Shown here piece by piece: positions 1 through 59,200 of a stretch of 64,000 bases of DNA. Position numbers and translations under genes: made by a program. Each line of letters begins with the position of its first letter. Within the stretch, counting starts at the first letter, position 1. A model generated the notes under the pieces. That model saw only the letters and a program-made list of their open reading frames with translations. It was not told the DNA's origin and made no database searches. Origin of the DNA: Felis catus (Eukaryota); NCBI RefSeq assembly GCF_018350175.1, contig NC_058382.1, positions 17,422,001-17,486,000 of the forward strand. Reading direction: 5' to 3'.

Positions 1-91
1 TGCGACTGTACCGCTTCTCAGAGCGGAAGCTGTTGAGAGAGCTGCTGATGAAAACGGTCACTGTGGGCGCCGACAAGCCCGTCACCTCCAT
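1..91 (-). CDS. TBCB: Tubulin folding cofactor B, coding exon 1 (partial; gene continues beyond window start)
   Basis: Reverse strand from ATG at 91 reads [30 protein letters not shown], matching the recalled TBCB N-terminus. It lies head-to-head with POLR2I, as in human synteny. Confidence 0.95.
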   Translation of the reverse strand, partial: MEVTGLSAPTVTVFISSSLNSFRSEKRYSR

Positions 92-1927
<1,836 letters not shown>

Positions 1928-1946
1928 ATCATCCTTTCCCACGTGT

Positions 1947-1952
1947 AATAAA
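1947..1952 (+). terminator. Polyadenylation signal AATAAA of POLR2I
   Basis: AATAAA 19 nt after the POLR2I stop, followed by GT/T-rich sequence. Confidence 0.8.
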
Positions 1953-1981
1953 TACTGTGTTCTGTGCGTGCATTTCCTGCA

Positions 1982-1987
1982 TTTATT
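1982..1987 (-). terminator. Polyadenylation signal AATAAA of OVOL3
   Basis: TTTATT on + (AATAAA on -), 6 nt downstream of the OVOL3 stop at 1994. Confidence 0.7.
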
Positions 1988-1993
1988 TGCCTC

Positions 1994-3857
<1,864 letters not shown>

Positions 3858-6800
3858 CACCTCCCGGAATGGTGAGATGGCACTCCACGCACGACTGCCT
3901 CCTCCACCTGCGGTCACACCTCAGCCCCAGGATGACTAGGAGGGAAGAGGGAAGGGAAGGGGGAGCCACAGAGGACCTGCATTCTCTCCATGCAAATTTT
4001 GTGACAAGCCCAGGGACTTAGCTGGCTCCAGTTACCTCTGCCTCAGATGGGACCTACCATTCCTCCCCCTTCTCCTACACCAGGTCCCTGAGGGCACTCT
4101 CCAGCCACCAGGGGCAGCCAAGTGCTGGGACCCCCCAGAAGGTCAAGCAAGGGCAAGATTAGAGCCTAGCTAGCTGCTGCATGTGGGGAAAAGAAAAAGA
4201 GACTCCAGGAAGGCTGTCTTCTCAAAGTAGCAGCTGGGCCAAGGACCTGAGGGGTCTGTTTGCCAGGCAAATCAGTCACCACCGGACATCCAACAACCTG
4301 CTTGGTTATTCAAATCACAGCAGCTGTCTGAGAAGCAGGAGAGGGGGGTGGTGGCTGTGATTGCTTGCCCCAGAGGGTGGAGGAACAGCAGGGTCCAGTA
4401 GGTAAGGACAAAGTGAGGACACGGGCTGTGTATCTTCCAGCAGGAAGCTCCACCTCTGATTATTAGATGCCAAGAACTGACGTTCAGCCAGAAACACTAT
4501 TCAGATGTAGCAGATTTTAAAATATTGGTGTGTTAATAGTCCAGCTCCTAGTGATTGCCTGGGACACCACTCCCCCCCCCCCCCCACAGTCCAGGAACCA
4601 AAGGGGGTCACGTGACACAGCCAGGGGCTCCCAGAACCCCACCCTAACACTCTGTCCTGTCTGTGTTCTAGACTGATCATTGTCTGACCCCTTAACCACT
4701 GGTTAAGGATTTTGAATATTCTCTGTGCAGTTACTTTCTCTCATTTATCCACTCAGCAATTTCCTGAACTCCAGCTATAGGCCAGGTCTAGCTCAACGTT
4801 AAAAATGAGCACATAACTTAGTCCATGGAGGAGATAGACCCACCAGTGACAACCCAGAATGACCAAGGCTATGATGGGGAATGCACAGGCAAAGTGATCC
4901 AAACGGTAATAGAGAAAACTCAGGGAGCTCATGGGAGCCCAGAAGAGGCTCCCGGTCCAGCTTAAAGGTTCAGAGATGACTGTCTGGGTGTGAGCCCTGA
5001 AGGAAGATAAGGTTTCAGGTAAAAGGGAGGGTGTTCCAGGCAGAGGGAACAGTCTATATAAAGGCTTGGTGGTGAGAGGAGCATTATTTCATTTCTTCAC
5101 ATTCCCTGAGAGTCAGTCCGGCTCATTCATTTGGGGCAGCAAGGGAGGCAGAGTTTTTCCACTTTACCTCAGCAGGACCCAGACAAATCACTTCTTGCTG
5201 AGCCTTGGTTTCTTCATCTGGAAGATAGAACTAATGTGTCTCCCTTGGCTGGTTTGTGTCAGAGGCCTATGTAGATCATGTGGGGAGAATGCTTAGCATG
5301 CAGCATATAAACAGGGTGGTTGTTAGGAAGTCTTGAGAGGTGGTTAGGCAGGCATCGGAGTTTCAGTCAGCCCATCTGTAAAATGGAATTTTCAGTGTCT
5401 CCATCTCACAATTGTTGGATTTCGTGCAGCCATGACTGGTGTGTCCGGCACAGGTCTGGCAGCCCAGTATCTGGGATCTGTCCAGTGTGGAGTACAGGGT
5501 GCAAGTTGCACTGAAGAATGAGCTGGCAAATGGTTAGGTGGAGCCATTTTGTCTCTTTCAGGTGCCCAGTTCTCCGTGCCCAACAGCATGTTTCAGGGCA
5601 ACTGGTTCCTGTGTCATTGAAAACACATTAGGGAAGAAATCTGGGGCTGGGTGTCTTTATTTTCCCTAAGGCCCTTTCTGTCCCCTTCCTCCCTGCTCTG
5701 TGTCCTGGGAGACTGACCTGGGTGGACCGCATCATCTGGGTTCCTGTGCCCCCTGGCTCCCAGGATTTTGACAGTGGGGAGCCCCACAGATGATGGGGGA
5801 AAGGATTCCTCCAACTCTCCCCCTATGGAGTTGCCAGGGACACAGCTTCCCTAGGACAGCCCTCCCTCCAGCATCGGCTCTTCTAGTTTCCACTTGGCTC
5901 CCTTGCACCTCAAGGCCAGGGTGGGAGGAACAGCTCACCTCTGGTGCCAGCTCAGGGTACTGTACCAGCCCTATGATTTCCCTGTTCCCTGCCCACTTCT
6001 TTGCAAATGGTCCCTTTACTAAACTCTCTGAAATATCCCATGTGAGCATGCTGTCCTCTTCCTCCTGGGACCATGTCAGTCCACAAACCACACTCACACA
6101 TTCATCAGCAGTGGTTTCTTAACCAGCTGTTTTGTTGAGGAGAGCAAGTCTGGTCCTTCTAGGGCTGAAGAGCTTGGCATTGGGAAGTGGAGAGTGGCAG
6201 GCACCCTGGGTCCTCCCTACCAGCGCACCCTCCTATTGTGCTGAGAGAACCCAATTTTGTTTGAGCAGCCACATGCCCAGGACAGGAGAGACGGCTGGTC
6301 CAAGAAAATGAAAGCAATCTCCATTCCTCTTGCCTGCAATCGCTCTGAAAGGGGAGATGTCTAGGGAGGCTTAGCACTGTTCTCACTATGCTGGTGGCTG
6401 CCTTCCTTCATGCCTTTGTTCCTGGCTGGGTAGGTGTACTGCTGAGGGCTGGCACGGCAGCCATGTTGCAGCTATGAGAGAGCCCACTAAGCTGGAGGGC
6501 AGAACTCAAGACTCAGGGGTTAATGGAGCAGGAACATAGTCAAGAGTAGCAAATGTCCCTACAGCTTGGAACCCTATAAGCCAGTGATTTGCTACTAGGG
6601 AGTTGAAGGCTTAATCATGATACAGGGTGGGAGGGGTACATTCCATGAGGGGCATGACTCAAGACGGTCCTCTGGGTGTCCGGGGGCCTGGATGCCAAGC
6701 TTCGCATCAGGGATCTTAGGTGACCGTGGCCAAGCTAGGCAGAGGCAAGGACAGTGGGCCCCAGTGGTCTGTAACCTGTGGGGCTGGGCAGGTCAGGGAA

Positions 6801-8393
6801 CCTCCCGTCAGAGGTCCAGCCCACCTGAGTCCTGGACCTCCTGGGCTCCCTGGGGCAGGGAGAGGGAGCTTTGAGAAATAACACCTGACGTCTCAAATAC
6901 CAAGCCCAGGCATCTTATTTGGGGGGGAAATTGTGTTGTATTTCTTGGACTTAAATGTTGTGAAACAAGGCCCTGCCCCCTGGAGCCCTGTTCTTCCTCC
7001 CATCTCCTCTCCTGGCTCACTGCATTCCTTACACATGTATTTCATCCCCCCGATGGGGCATTTGCGTCCACTGTTGTCTGCCTGGATACTTTCCCAAGAT
7101 GCCCACATGACCCGTGCCTTCTCTCAAGCCTCAGCTCAAATGTCACCTCAGAAGGGCCTTCCCTGACCCATCAGCCAAGCCAGCACAGTGACATCTTAAT
7201 TCCGGTTTTGCTCTCTAGAAGGCTAATGCCGTGAGGGCAGATGCTTTGCTTATCTTGTCTTGCTCCTCACCCTACCCCTCACACACAGAACCGACACAGG
7301 TACCCGGCAGGATTTTTTTGAACTGCACAGTTGATTCTGATGTGTGTAATTGTTTATGGAGACAGCGCAGGGCCATGTCTTTATGCTGAAGTGTCTGGCT
7401 CTGCCACCAGGCAAGCCTAGGTTTGAGTCTGAGCTCTGTGGTACCCTGGACAAGAGTGGGTCTAAGCTTGTTTCTAGTGGGCCATGACCAGCAAACAGAG
7501 CAGAGAGGAACTCAGGCAAGTGGTGGTTCAGGCCACAGCAAGCCACATGGCGGGGCTGTGCTTTCGGCGAGGACCCTGCCCTTGCTGGCTTCCTTTTTAG
7601 AGAGAGTTGGGACAGCAGGGACTTTTGTGGTCACAAGAGTGGCCTTCTTGGCAGATGCACCACACGGCCAGATGCCTGCTGCCTAGGGAAGCTGGTACCA
7701 GAGCTGGGAGCTCATGGGACGAATCTAGTTGTAGTCCTCCTGCTGGGGAAGCTACTTGTTCCAGCTGCTAGATGGACTGGCCATGCTGCCCCAGTGTCCA
7801 GTGAGTGAGCCTGCCGGTCCATTTCCCCTGCTGTAGTTAGGGACAAAAGCCTGGACCTCACAGGATCCAGCTGGGCTTGGCCTAGGGACCATGAACCAGT
7901 GGCGTGGCAGTGTGTGTACCGGGAACCATGGTCTGGCACACGGTGATGGCAGTGGCTCCAGTGGGTTCTTGGGTACCAGTAGGGGGCAGAGAGGAAGGGC
8001 TGGCGGCTCCTTGGGGAATAGCTGGGCCTCACTGGGCAAGGACAACAGACCCCACAGCAGCTCAGAGGGCTACGTAGGCAATATGGATCCAGGTGCTGGG
8101 ATCATTATTGCGGTTCCCAAATTTCTTGGGAATGTTGGTCCCATTGATGGAGTCCTGAAACAAGGCAGGGAGGGCACTGGGGCTGATGTCCCCCAGGTGA
8201 GACAGGAAGAGGAAGGGCAGGTGAGGCTACAATGCTAGGCCAACACCTGCTGCATACAAATTTCATCCCTTCCAAAGTTTATCCGCTCATGTTCCCTGGG
8301 CTGGTCTCCTCCCTACCCTCCTTCCCCGCATCCACCTCAAGGGGGCTTTGTGGATGCAGACAGGCACCAGGAACCATTCCTCTAAACTGTCAG

Positions 8394-8399
8394 TTTATT
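8394..8399 (-). terminator. Polyadenylation signal AATAAA of WDR62
   Basis: TTTATT on +, about 62 nt downstream of the WDR62 stop (8462). Confidence 0.75.
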
Positions 8400-8461
8400 T
8401 GCTTAAAATGTCTATTTCTTCAGAAGCAGCAGGGCTGTAGTGGAGAGCAGGCTCCTGGCCC

Positions 8462-52473
<44,012 letters not shown>

Positions 52474-53209
52474 CGTCGCGCCGGAGCAGGAGAGCCGTTG
52501 CACTCCCCAACTGCCGCCGACGCCTCCACGACCCGCTCAAAGAGCAAACGGCCCGCGGGAAAGCCGGCGCCGCCGCCCATTGGACGCGGTAGGCCCCGGG
52601 CCTGGCCAATGTCAGAGCTACCGAGCGGAGGTTTTGACCAATGAGGGCTGAGAGGCGGAGCGAAGTGTCTGGCAGGGTGGGTCCATAGCTAGTTTACTTG
52701 CTGCCTGATTAAACAAAATGGCATTTTTATTGCGGTCTGTGTTTTCATCATTAACAAACGTTTAGGTTTTAACTTTTACGTAGCTAAGGCCAAAGCCTCC
52801 AAAGCCCCCAGTTCGCTTTTTGCAGCACTTCCCCCGCACACGCAGCGGATAGTCACCCGGATATAAGGGTAGGGTGGGGCCGAAAGAGACCGACCACTTG
52901 GCGCAGGCTCAGAAAAGCCGTGACATCACCTGTCTCCCAGCACAAGATAAGGTCAGAGTGGCTAAGAACTGGCTTTGTGCCGTCCCACTCGCTTTTCCCC
53001 ATTTGCCACGTGACCAGGGCGTAGTTGTGGTAGCGCGACTGGGCGCGTAGTGCGCAGCCGCCCTCTCCCCTTCCCCGCACGTGATGAGGCTTCAAGGGCC
53101 ATCACGTGAGGCGGGCAGAGAGCGTGCGGGTGGGGCCGGGTTCTGTGGAGCTTCGCGAGGAGCAAAGTGCGGCTGCAGACTGGGCAGGACTCAACGGGCT
53201 TGAACAGCC

Positions 53210-56200
53210 ATGCCCAAGTATTGCCGTGCTCCGAACTGCTCCAACACTGCGGGCCGACTGGGCGCTGACAACCGCCCTGTGAGCTTCTACAAGTGAGCGC
53301 AAGTGTGGGGCGGGGCTTGCGGGGCGGGGCTTGCGGGGGCGGGGCCCGAGGATAACTGCCCCTTTGCCCGGCACCTGGTCCATCCCGCAGGTATCTAGAG
53401 ACAGGGTTAGCAAAGTGAAGAGACGGTATTTTCAGCAGTAAACACAGAACATGCAAAGGCGCAGATGTGCTAAAACGCAGGTGTAGACGATTAACTACAG
53501 GTAGTGAAAGGGGCGAGCGGAAGAAGTGGGACCGTAGGGAGGGGCCTACAACTGCCCGCTTGTCATCTCCACGAAGTTGAGGTATCTCAATCGCCAAACA
53601 TCGGAAACTGAGCTCCTGATCTTGTCTCCCTCCCGAACCTTCCACAACCTTTCCTATCTCGGTTAATAACTTACTTCATCTTACCTGTTGTTTAGGCCAG
53701 AAACCTTAGAGTCATCTCTCTACTCACACTTTTCTTTCTACTCACATCTCTCTACTCACATCTTTTCTTTCCTCACACTTAAAGTAAAAATTAGCTTAAA
53801 CTGTGAAAAAACAAAGATAATTTTAAAAAATCTGTCTTCCTCTTTATTATTCCCCGGCTGGAATAAAAGACATGGGAAAGGCGGGCTGAAGAGTTAATAG
53901 GAAAAAATATTTCTATATTTTTCACAGGGACATGCAGCAGATGTAAAGTGAAAAAATTCCCCTTCTTTGAGCTTTTTACTAGGAAACTTTGTTCTCTAAA
54001 ATCCTAGACTATTGGGGTGCCTGGCTGGCTCAGTAGATAGAGACACTTGATCTCAGGGTCGTGAGCTCAAGCCCTATGTTGGGCATGGAGTCTACTTTTA
54101 AAACATTGTAAAAACATGGACGATGATAAACTTTGCTGTTTGAGATTATATCGGTAAAAATGCAACATCTCACTGAACACCTGGGGGAGTTAAGTCATTT
54201 TTACAATGAGAAGCAGCCTCAGTTTACAGTCCAGGGGCAGAGCTTCAGGTAAGGCATTTCTGGACACAGTTTTCCACATTGACCTAAACTGTATTGCTTC
54301 CAAGGAGACAGGACTCTGGACTCACTTTGCAATGCAGACCTAGTATTTATCCCTTCACACACAATTCTGCTTTGCTTTAAGCCTAGCTAAACAATTTCAT
54401 TTACATTTCACCCCTTCCCCCAAATCCAAATAATAACCCTGTCTTTTCCTTTGTTTGGTGAGACTCCTTATAGTACCTCTGGTGTGCAGTTTCCCTCATT
54501 GCTGTGGTACATAAACCTGACTTTCTGTGACTACAGGTGTGTCCCTGGGGGCCTTAGTCTGAATCAGCCAGGACACATTCCTCATCCAGTCTGTCAGCAG
54601 ATCCTGTGGGCTCTCCCTTTAAAAATCTATCCAGAATTGACCACTTCTAACCCCCTTCTCTGCCTCCATTCTGGTTCTGGCCATTACCACCTCCTGACTG
54701 CACCATTTTAGTAGCCTCTTCATTGATCAACCCACTCCCACATTCTGATCTCCACACACAGTCACAGGGAACTTGTGTACACCTGAGTCAGATCAGAGTC
54801 CTCCTCTGTTCAGATCCCTCCCCTGGCTCCCACATCACTCATAAAAGACAAGGTGAGGCTGGAGCAGACAGAAAGGCCTACAAAGCCCTACAGGAGCTCC
54901 ATCTCCAGTCTCTGTATGACTCATCTCCCTCCTGCTTCTTCCCCCTTACCACTGTTCTCCAGCATCACTGGCTACTCGATGTTCCTCTAGCATGCCAGGC
55001 ACATTGTTGCCCCAGGGGCTTTGTGCTTTTCCTTATTTTTTTTTAAATTTTATTTTTTATTTTTTAAAATTTACATCCAGATTAGTTAGCATATAGTGCA
55101 ACAATGATTTCAGGAGGAGATTCCTTAGTGCCCCTTACCCATTTAGCCCATCCCCCCCACAACCCCTCCAGCAACCCTCAGTTTGTTCTCCATATTTATG
55201 AGTCTCTTCTGTTTTGTCCCCCTCCCTGTTTTTATATTATTTTTGTTTCCCTTCCCTTATGTTCATCTGTTTTGTCTCTTAAAGTCCTCATACGAGTGAA
55301 GTCATATGATTTTTGTCTTTCTCTGANNNNNNNNNNNNNNNNNNNNNNNNNNNNNNNNNNNNNNNNNNNNNNNNNNNNNNNNNNNNNNNNNNNNNNNNNN
55401 NNNNNNNNNNNNNNNNNNNNNNNNNNNNNNNNNNNNNNNNNNNNNNNNNNNNNNNNNNNNNNNNNNNNNNNNNNNNNNNNNNNNNNNNNNNNNNNNNNNN
55501 NNNNNNNNNNNNNNNNNNNNNNNNNNNNTAGCTATTGTTGATAGTGCTGCTGTAAACATGGGATGCATGTGTCCCTTCAAAACAGCACACCTATATCTCA
55601 TGGCTAAATGCCTAGTAGTGCAATTGCTGGGTCATAGGGTAGTTCTATTTTTAGTTTTTTGAGGAACCTCCATACTGTTTTCCAGAGTGGCTGCACCAGT
55701 TTGCATTCCCACCAACAATGCAAAAGAGATCATCTTTCTCCACATCCTCGCCAACATCTGTTGTTGCCTNNNNNNNNNNNNNNNNNNNNNNNNNNNNNNN
55801 NNNNNNNNNNNNNNNNNNNNNNNNNNNNNNNNNNNNNNNNNNNNNNNNNNNNNNNNNNNNNNNNNNNNNNNNNNNNNNNNNNNNNNNNNNNNNNNNNNNN
55901 NNNNNNNNNNNNNNNNNNNNNNNNNNNNNNNNNNNNNNNNNNNNNNNTTATTTTTTGGGTGTTGAGTTTGATGAGTTCTTTATAGATTTTGGATACTAAC
56001 CCTGTATCTGATATGTCGTTTGCAAATATCTTCTCCCATTCTGTCGGCTGCCTTTTAGTTTTGCTGATTGTGTGCTTTTCCTTCTGCATGGAAAGTTCTT
56101 ACCTTTATGACCACCACTTTATGTAAAATGATAACCCTTTCCCAGATAACATGTATTCTCCCTATCCACCTCCTGTTTTATTTTTCCCTTTAATGCTTAC

Positions 56201-59200
56201 CACTATTTGGCATGTCACATATTTGATGTATTCATTTATGGTCTTCCCTACTAGAATATCACTCTATGAAGGCAGAGATTTTTCTCTGCCTTGCTCTCTG
56301 TTATTTCTCCAGCCCTAGAACAGTGCCTGGTGCATAGTGGGTGCTCAGTAAATATTGGTTGGATGAATTTGATTAATGCATTTCAGATGGCTTTCCTAAG
56401 GAAACCTAGCAGCCCATGTCAGTTGAGGGGCCCTGGTACAGAATAGGAATAATGCAGAGGAGTCTTCAAACCTAAATCAGTGTGTCCAGATTTGCTTTAT
56501 AAAATATATTGTTCTGGCATTGTTTATGAATTCAGTAACTCTTGAGTGTCTCCTGGAGAAAGGAAATCCCTGCTGGACACAAAGGACCCTGAGAGATCCT
56601 GTTCCTGTCCTGACAACTCATGGATAAGTGAAGGGTCAAACATTGAAGAACCGAACACACAACCTGGGAGTCACTCCTGATCCTTTCTTCAGCACCACTG
56701 CCCCCAGTCAGGTCCATTAACCCATCCTTTGACTTTACCTCCCAAACACATCTCCACCCAATCAAAATAAAACCCCTAACACCTTGGCAATACAGTTATA
56801 AATGCAAATGGGAAACTCCTAACTAAACTATTAGGAAATAACAACAACAACAAAAAAAAACCCTACATTTCCAGTCTGACCATTTCTCATTACCTCTGCT
56901 ATTCAGGTTGTCATATCTATTACTGAGACATTGTGAGAGCTGCTTCCTGACCTCCCTGCTTCCACTCTTGTGGCCCTTACAAGAACAAGAACTTGGAGAG
57001 CACTTACTATATGCCAGGAACTGTTCTAAATGCTTCACATATAATAATGAGAATAATGACGACCGTGCAGAGCAGCCAGATGGCTTCATAAAGATCAGTT
57101 TATATCTGTGTTGTTTAAATCCCATCAGGGGCGCCCAGGGGCTCAGTCAGTTAAATGTCTGACTCTTGGTTTCTGCTCAGGCCATGATCTCATGGTTTGT
57201 GGGATCGAGCCCTCTGTTGGGTTCCGTACTGACAGCAGCAGCCTGCTTGGGATTCTCTCTGCCCCTCTGCCACATGTCCACAGGGGTGTGCACCCACACT
57301 CTCTCAAAATAAATAAATAATTTAAAAAATTAAATAAATCCCACCAATGGCAATCAGGCTGTCCCTCACACAGGCTGACCCCTTTCCATCTCTAGACTCA
57401 CCTCGAGTCAGTTTTGCAGAAGCCACATAGTTAAGAGTTTGGCGAGGGGCTATTTCCAAAGGAGATCCAGGAGAAGGCAAAAGGAGAAGGAGAAACAAAG
57501 AGGGATGTGGCTGCCAGGGAATAACAAGAGCCTGCCAGGCAGCCAAAGGAAACATTCATTAGTTCTATTTTAGGCCCTTTCAGGCACGTATGAGAGTCAT
57601 CTCTCATGGGGGACCTATCAGGAATTGCATTTGGTTGGCAGTAAGAAAGTCACGAAATATTACTGGCTAAAAAAAAATTATGGAGATTATAGGATAGAGT
57701 GTGTTTAAATTATGCTGCAGTAACAAATGCAAAATCTCAATGGCTTACTACAGCAAAGGTTTATTTCTCACTCACACTATGTCCTCTGCAGATCATTTGT
57801 GGACCTACTCTACAATATCTTAACTGGGGCCTCAGGCTGAAGGAGCCTCTCCTACATGGAATATTGCTGGTCTTATAGGAGGGGGAAAAGAGAAAGGGAA
57901 AATTACCCATTGACTCCCGACAAATTTTATATTTAGAAGTGGCCCAGGGGCACCTGGGTGGCTCAGTAAGTTAAGTGTCTGACTTGATTTCGGCTCAGGT
58001 CATGATCTCACAATTTGTGAGATCGAGCCCCACGTTGGGCTCTGAGCTTACAGCATGGAGCCTGCTTTGGATTCTCTCTCTTCCTCTCTCTGCCNNNNNN
58101 NNNNNNNNNNNNNNNNNNNNNNNNNNNNNNNNNNNNNNNNNNNNNNNNNNNNNNNNNNNNNNNNNNNNNNNNNNNNNNNNNNNNNNNNNNNNNNNNNNNN
58201 NNNNNNNNNNNNNNNNNNNNNNNNNNTTTGGCCAAAGCAAGTCTATGGCAAGCCTCAAGTCTTTGGAGTAGAGATATATAATCTTCAAGTGAGGAAGGGC
58301 AGCAAATATTTTGAACAATAACATAATCTACCAAGAGTTTATTTTTCTCTCATATAAAACAAATACAGAGGTTGACAGACCAGCACCAGTGTGGCATGTC
58401 CACAATCGTTAGGGTTGAAGTTCCTCTTTTTCTGTCCTGTCATCCTTAGTATGTAGCTTCCATCCAAGATGGCTACCAAGTGCCATGTATCATTCCTGGG
58501 AAGAAGAGCAAAAGGGGCTCCAACTGCAAACTGAATTAGCCCCCTCTAGAAAGCCTTCCCAGAAACCCCACCCAATGGTGAGTTCTCCATCATTGGTCAC
58601 CCTCCAACTACAGAGGAAACTAGGAAATGTAGTCTTTTAGCTGGGCATTTAACCACCCTGAAGACCATTAGGATTGATTGTTAGTAAGGAAGAAAAGAAC
58701 TTCTTCTTTTTTTTTCTTTTGAAAAGAACTTCTAACAGCATATGCCACTCCATGATCTAGAAGGATGACTAACAAGACTAAACTGTTCTATAGAAAAGGA
58801 GGACACTGTCCACTTACGGTAGATTTTTACAGAGTCCATTATAAATGTTGCCATTCAGAGGAATAAAGAAGAATAAGAAAAAGACCAAGTTAGGAAGAGA
58901 TTTTGTACTTTCCTCCTTTGCCCCCTGAGCTGCTCTGATCCATGTGAGAACCCCCTCGCCTTTCAGGTACCATTCCAGATTTTCTTACACAACACAAAAG
59001 TATTCATTGGCCAGAACCTAGTTACATGGCCCCACCTACACAAAGGAACTTGGGAAACATAGTCTTTTAGCATGGCACTTTATGACCTCAACTGAAGTTG
59101 GAATTTCGCTAGTAAGGAAGAAGAAAAGGGCAAGTGGAGCAGTCACTTGTCAGTGTTTGCCAAGAAGGGGGCAGGGTTTGCCAAGAAGGGGGCTGCTGCA

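Noticed and set aside
52962-53645. 227-aa minus-strand ORF over THAP8 exon 1
   Set aside because: CpG-island antisense ORF with low-complexity composition and no known motif.
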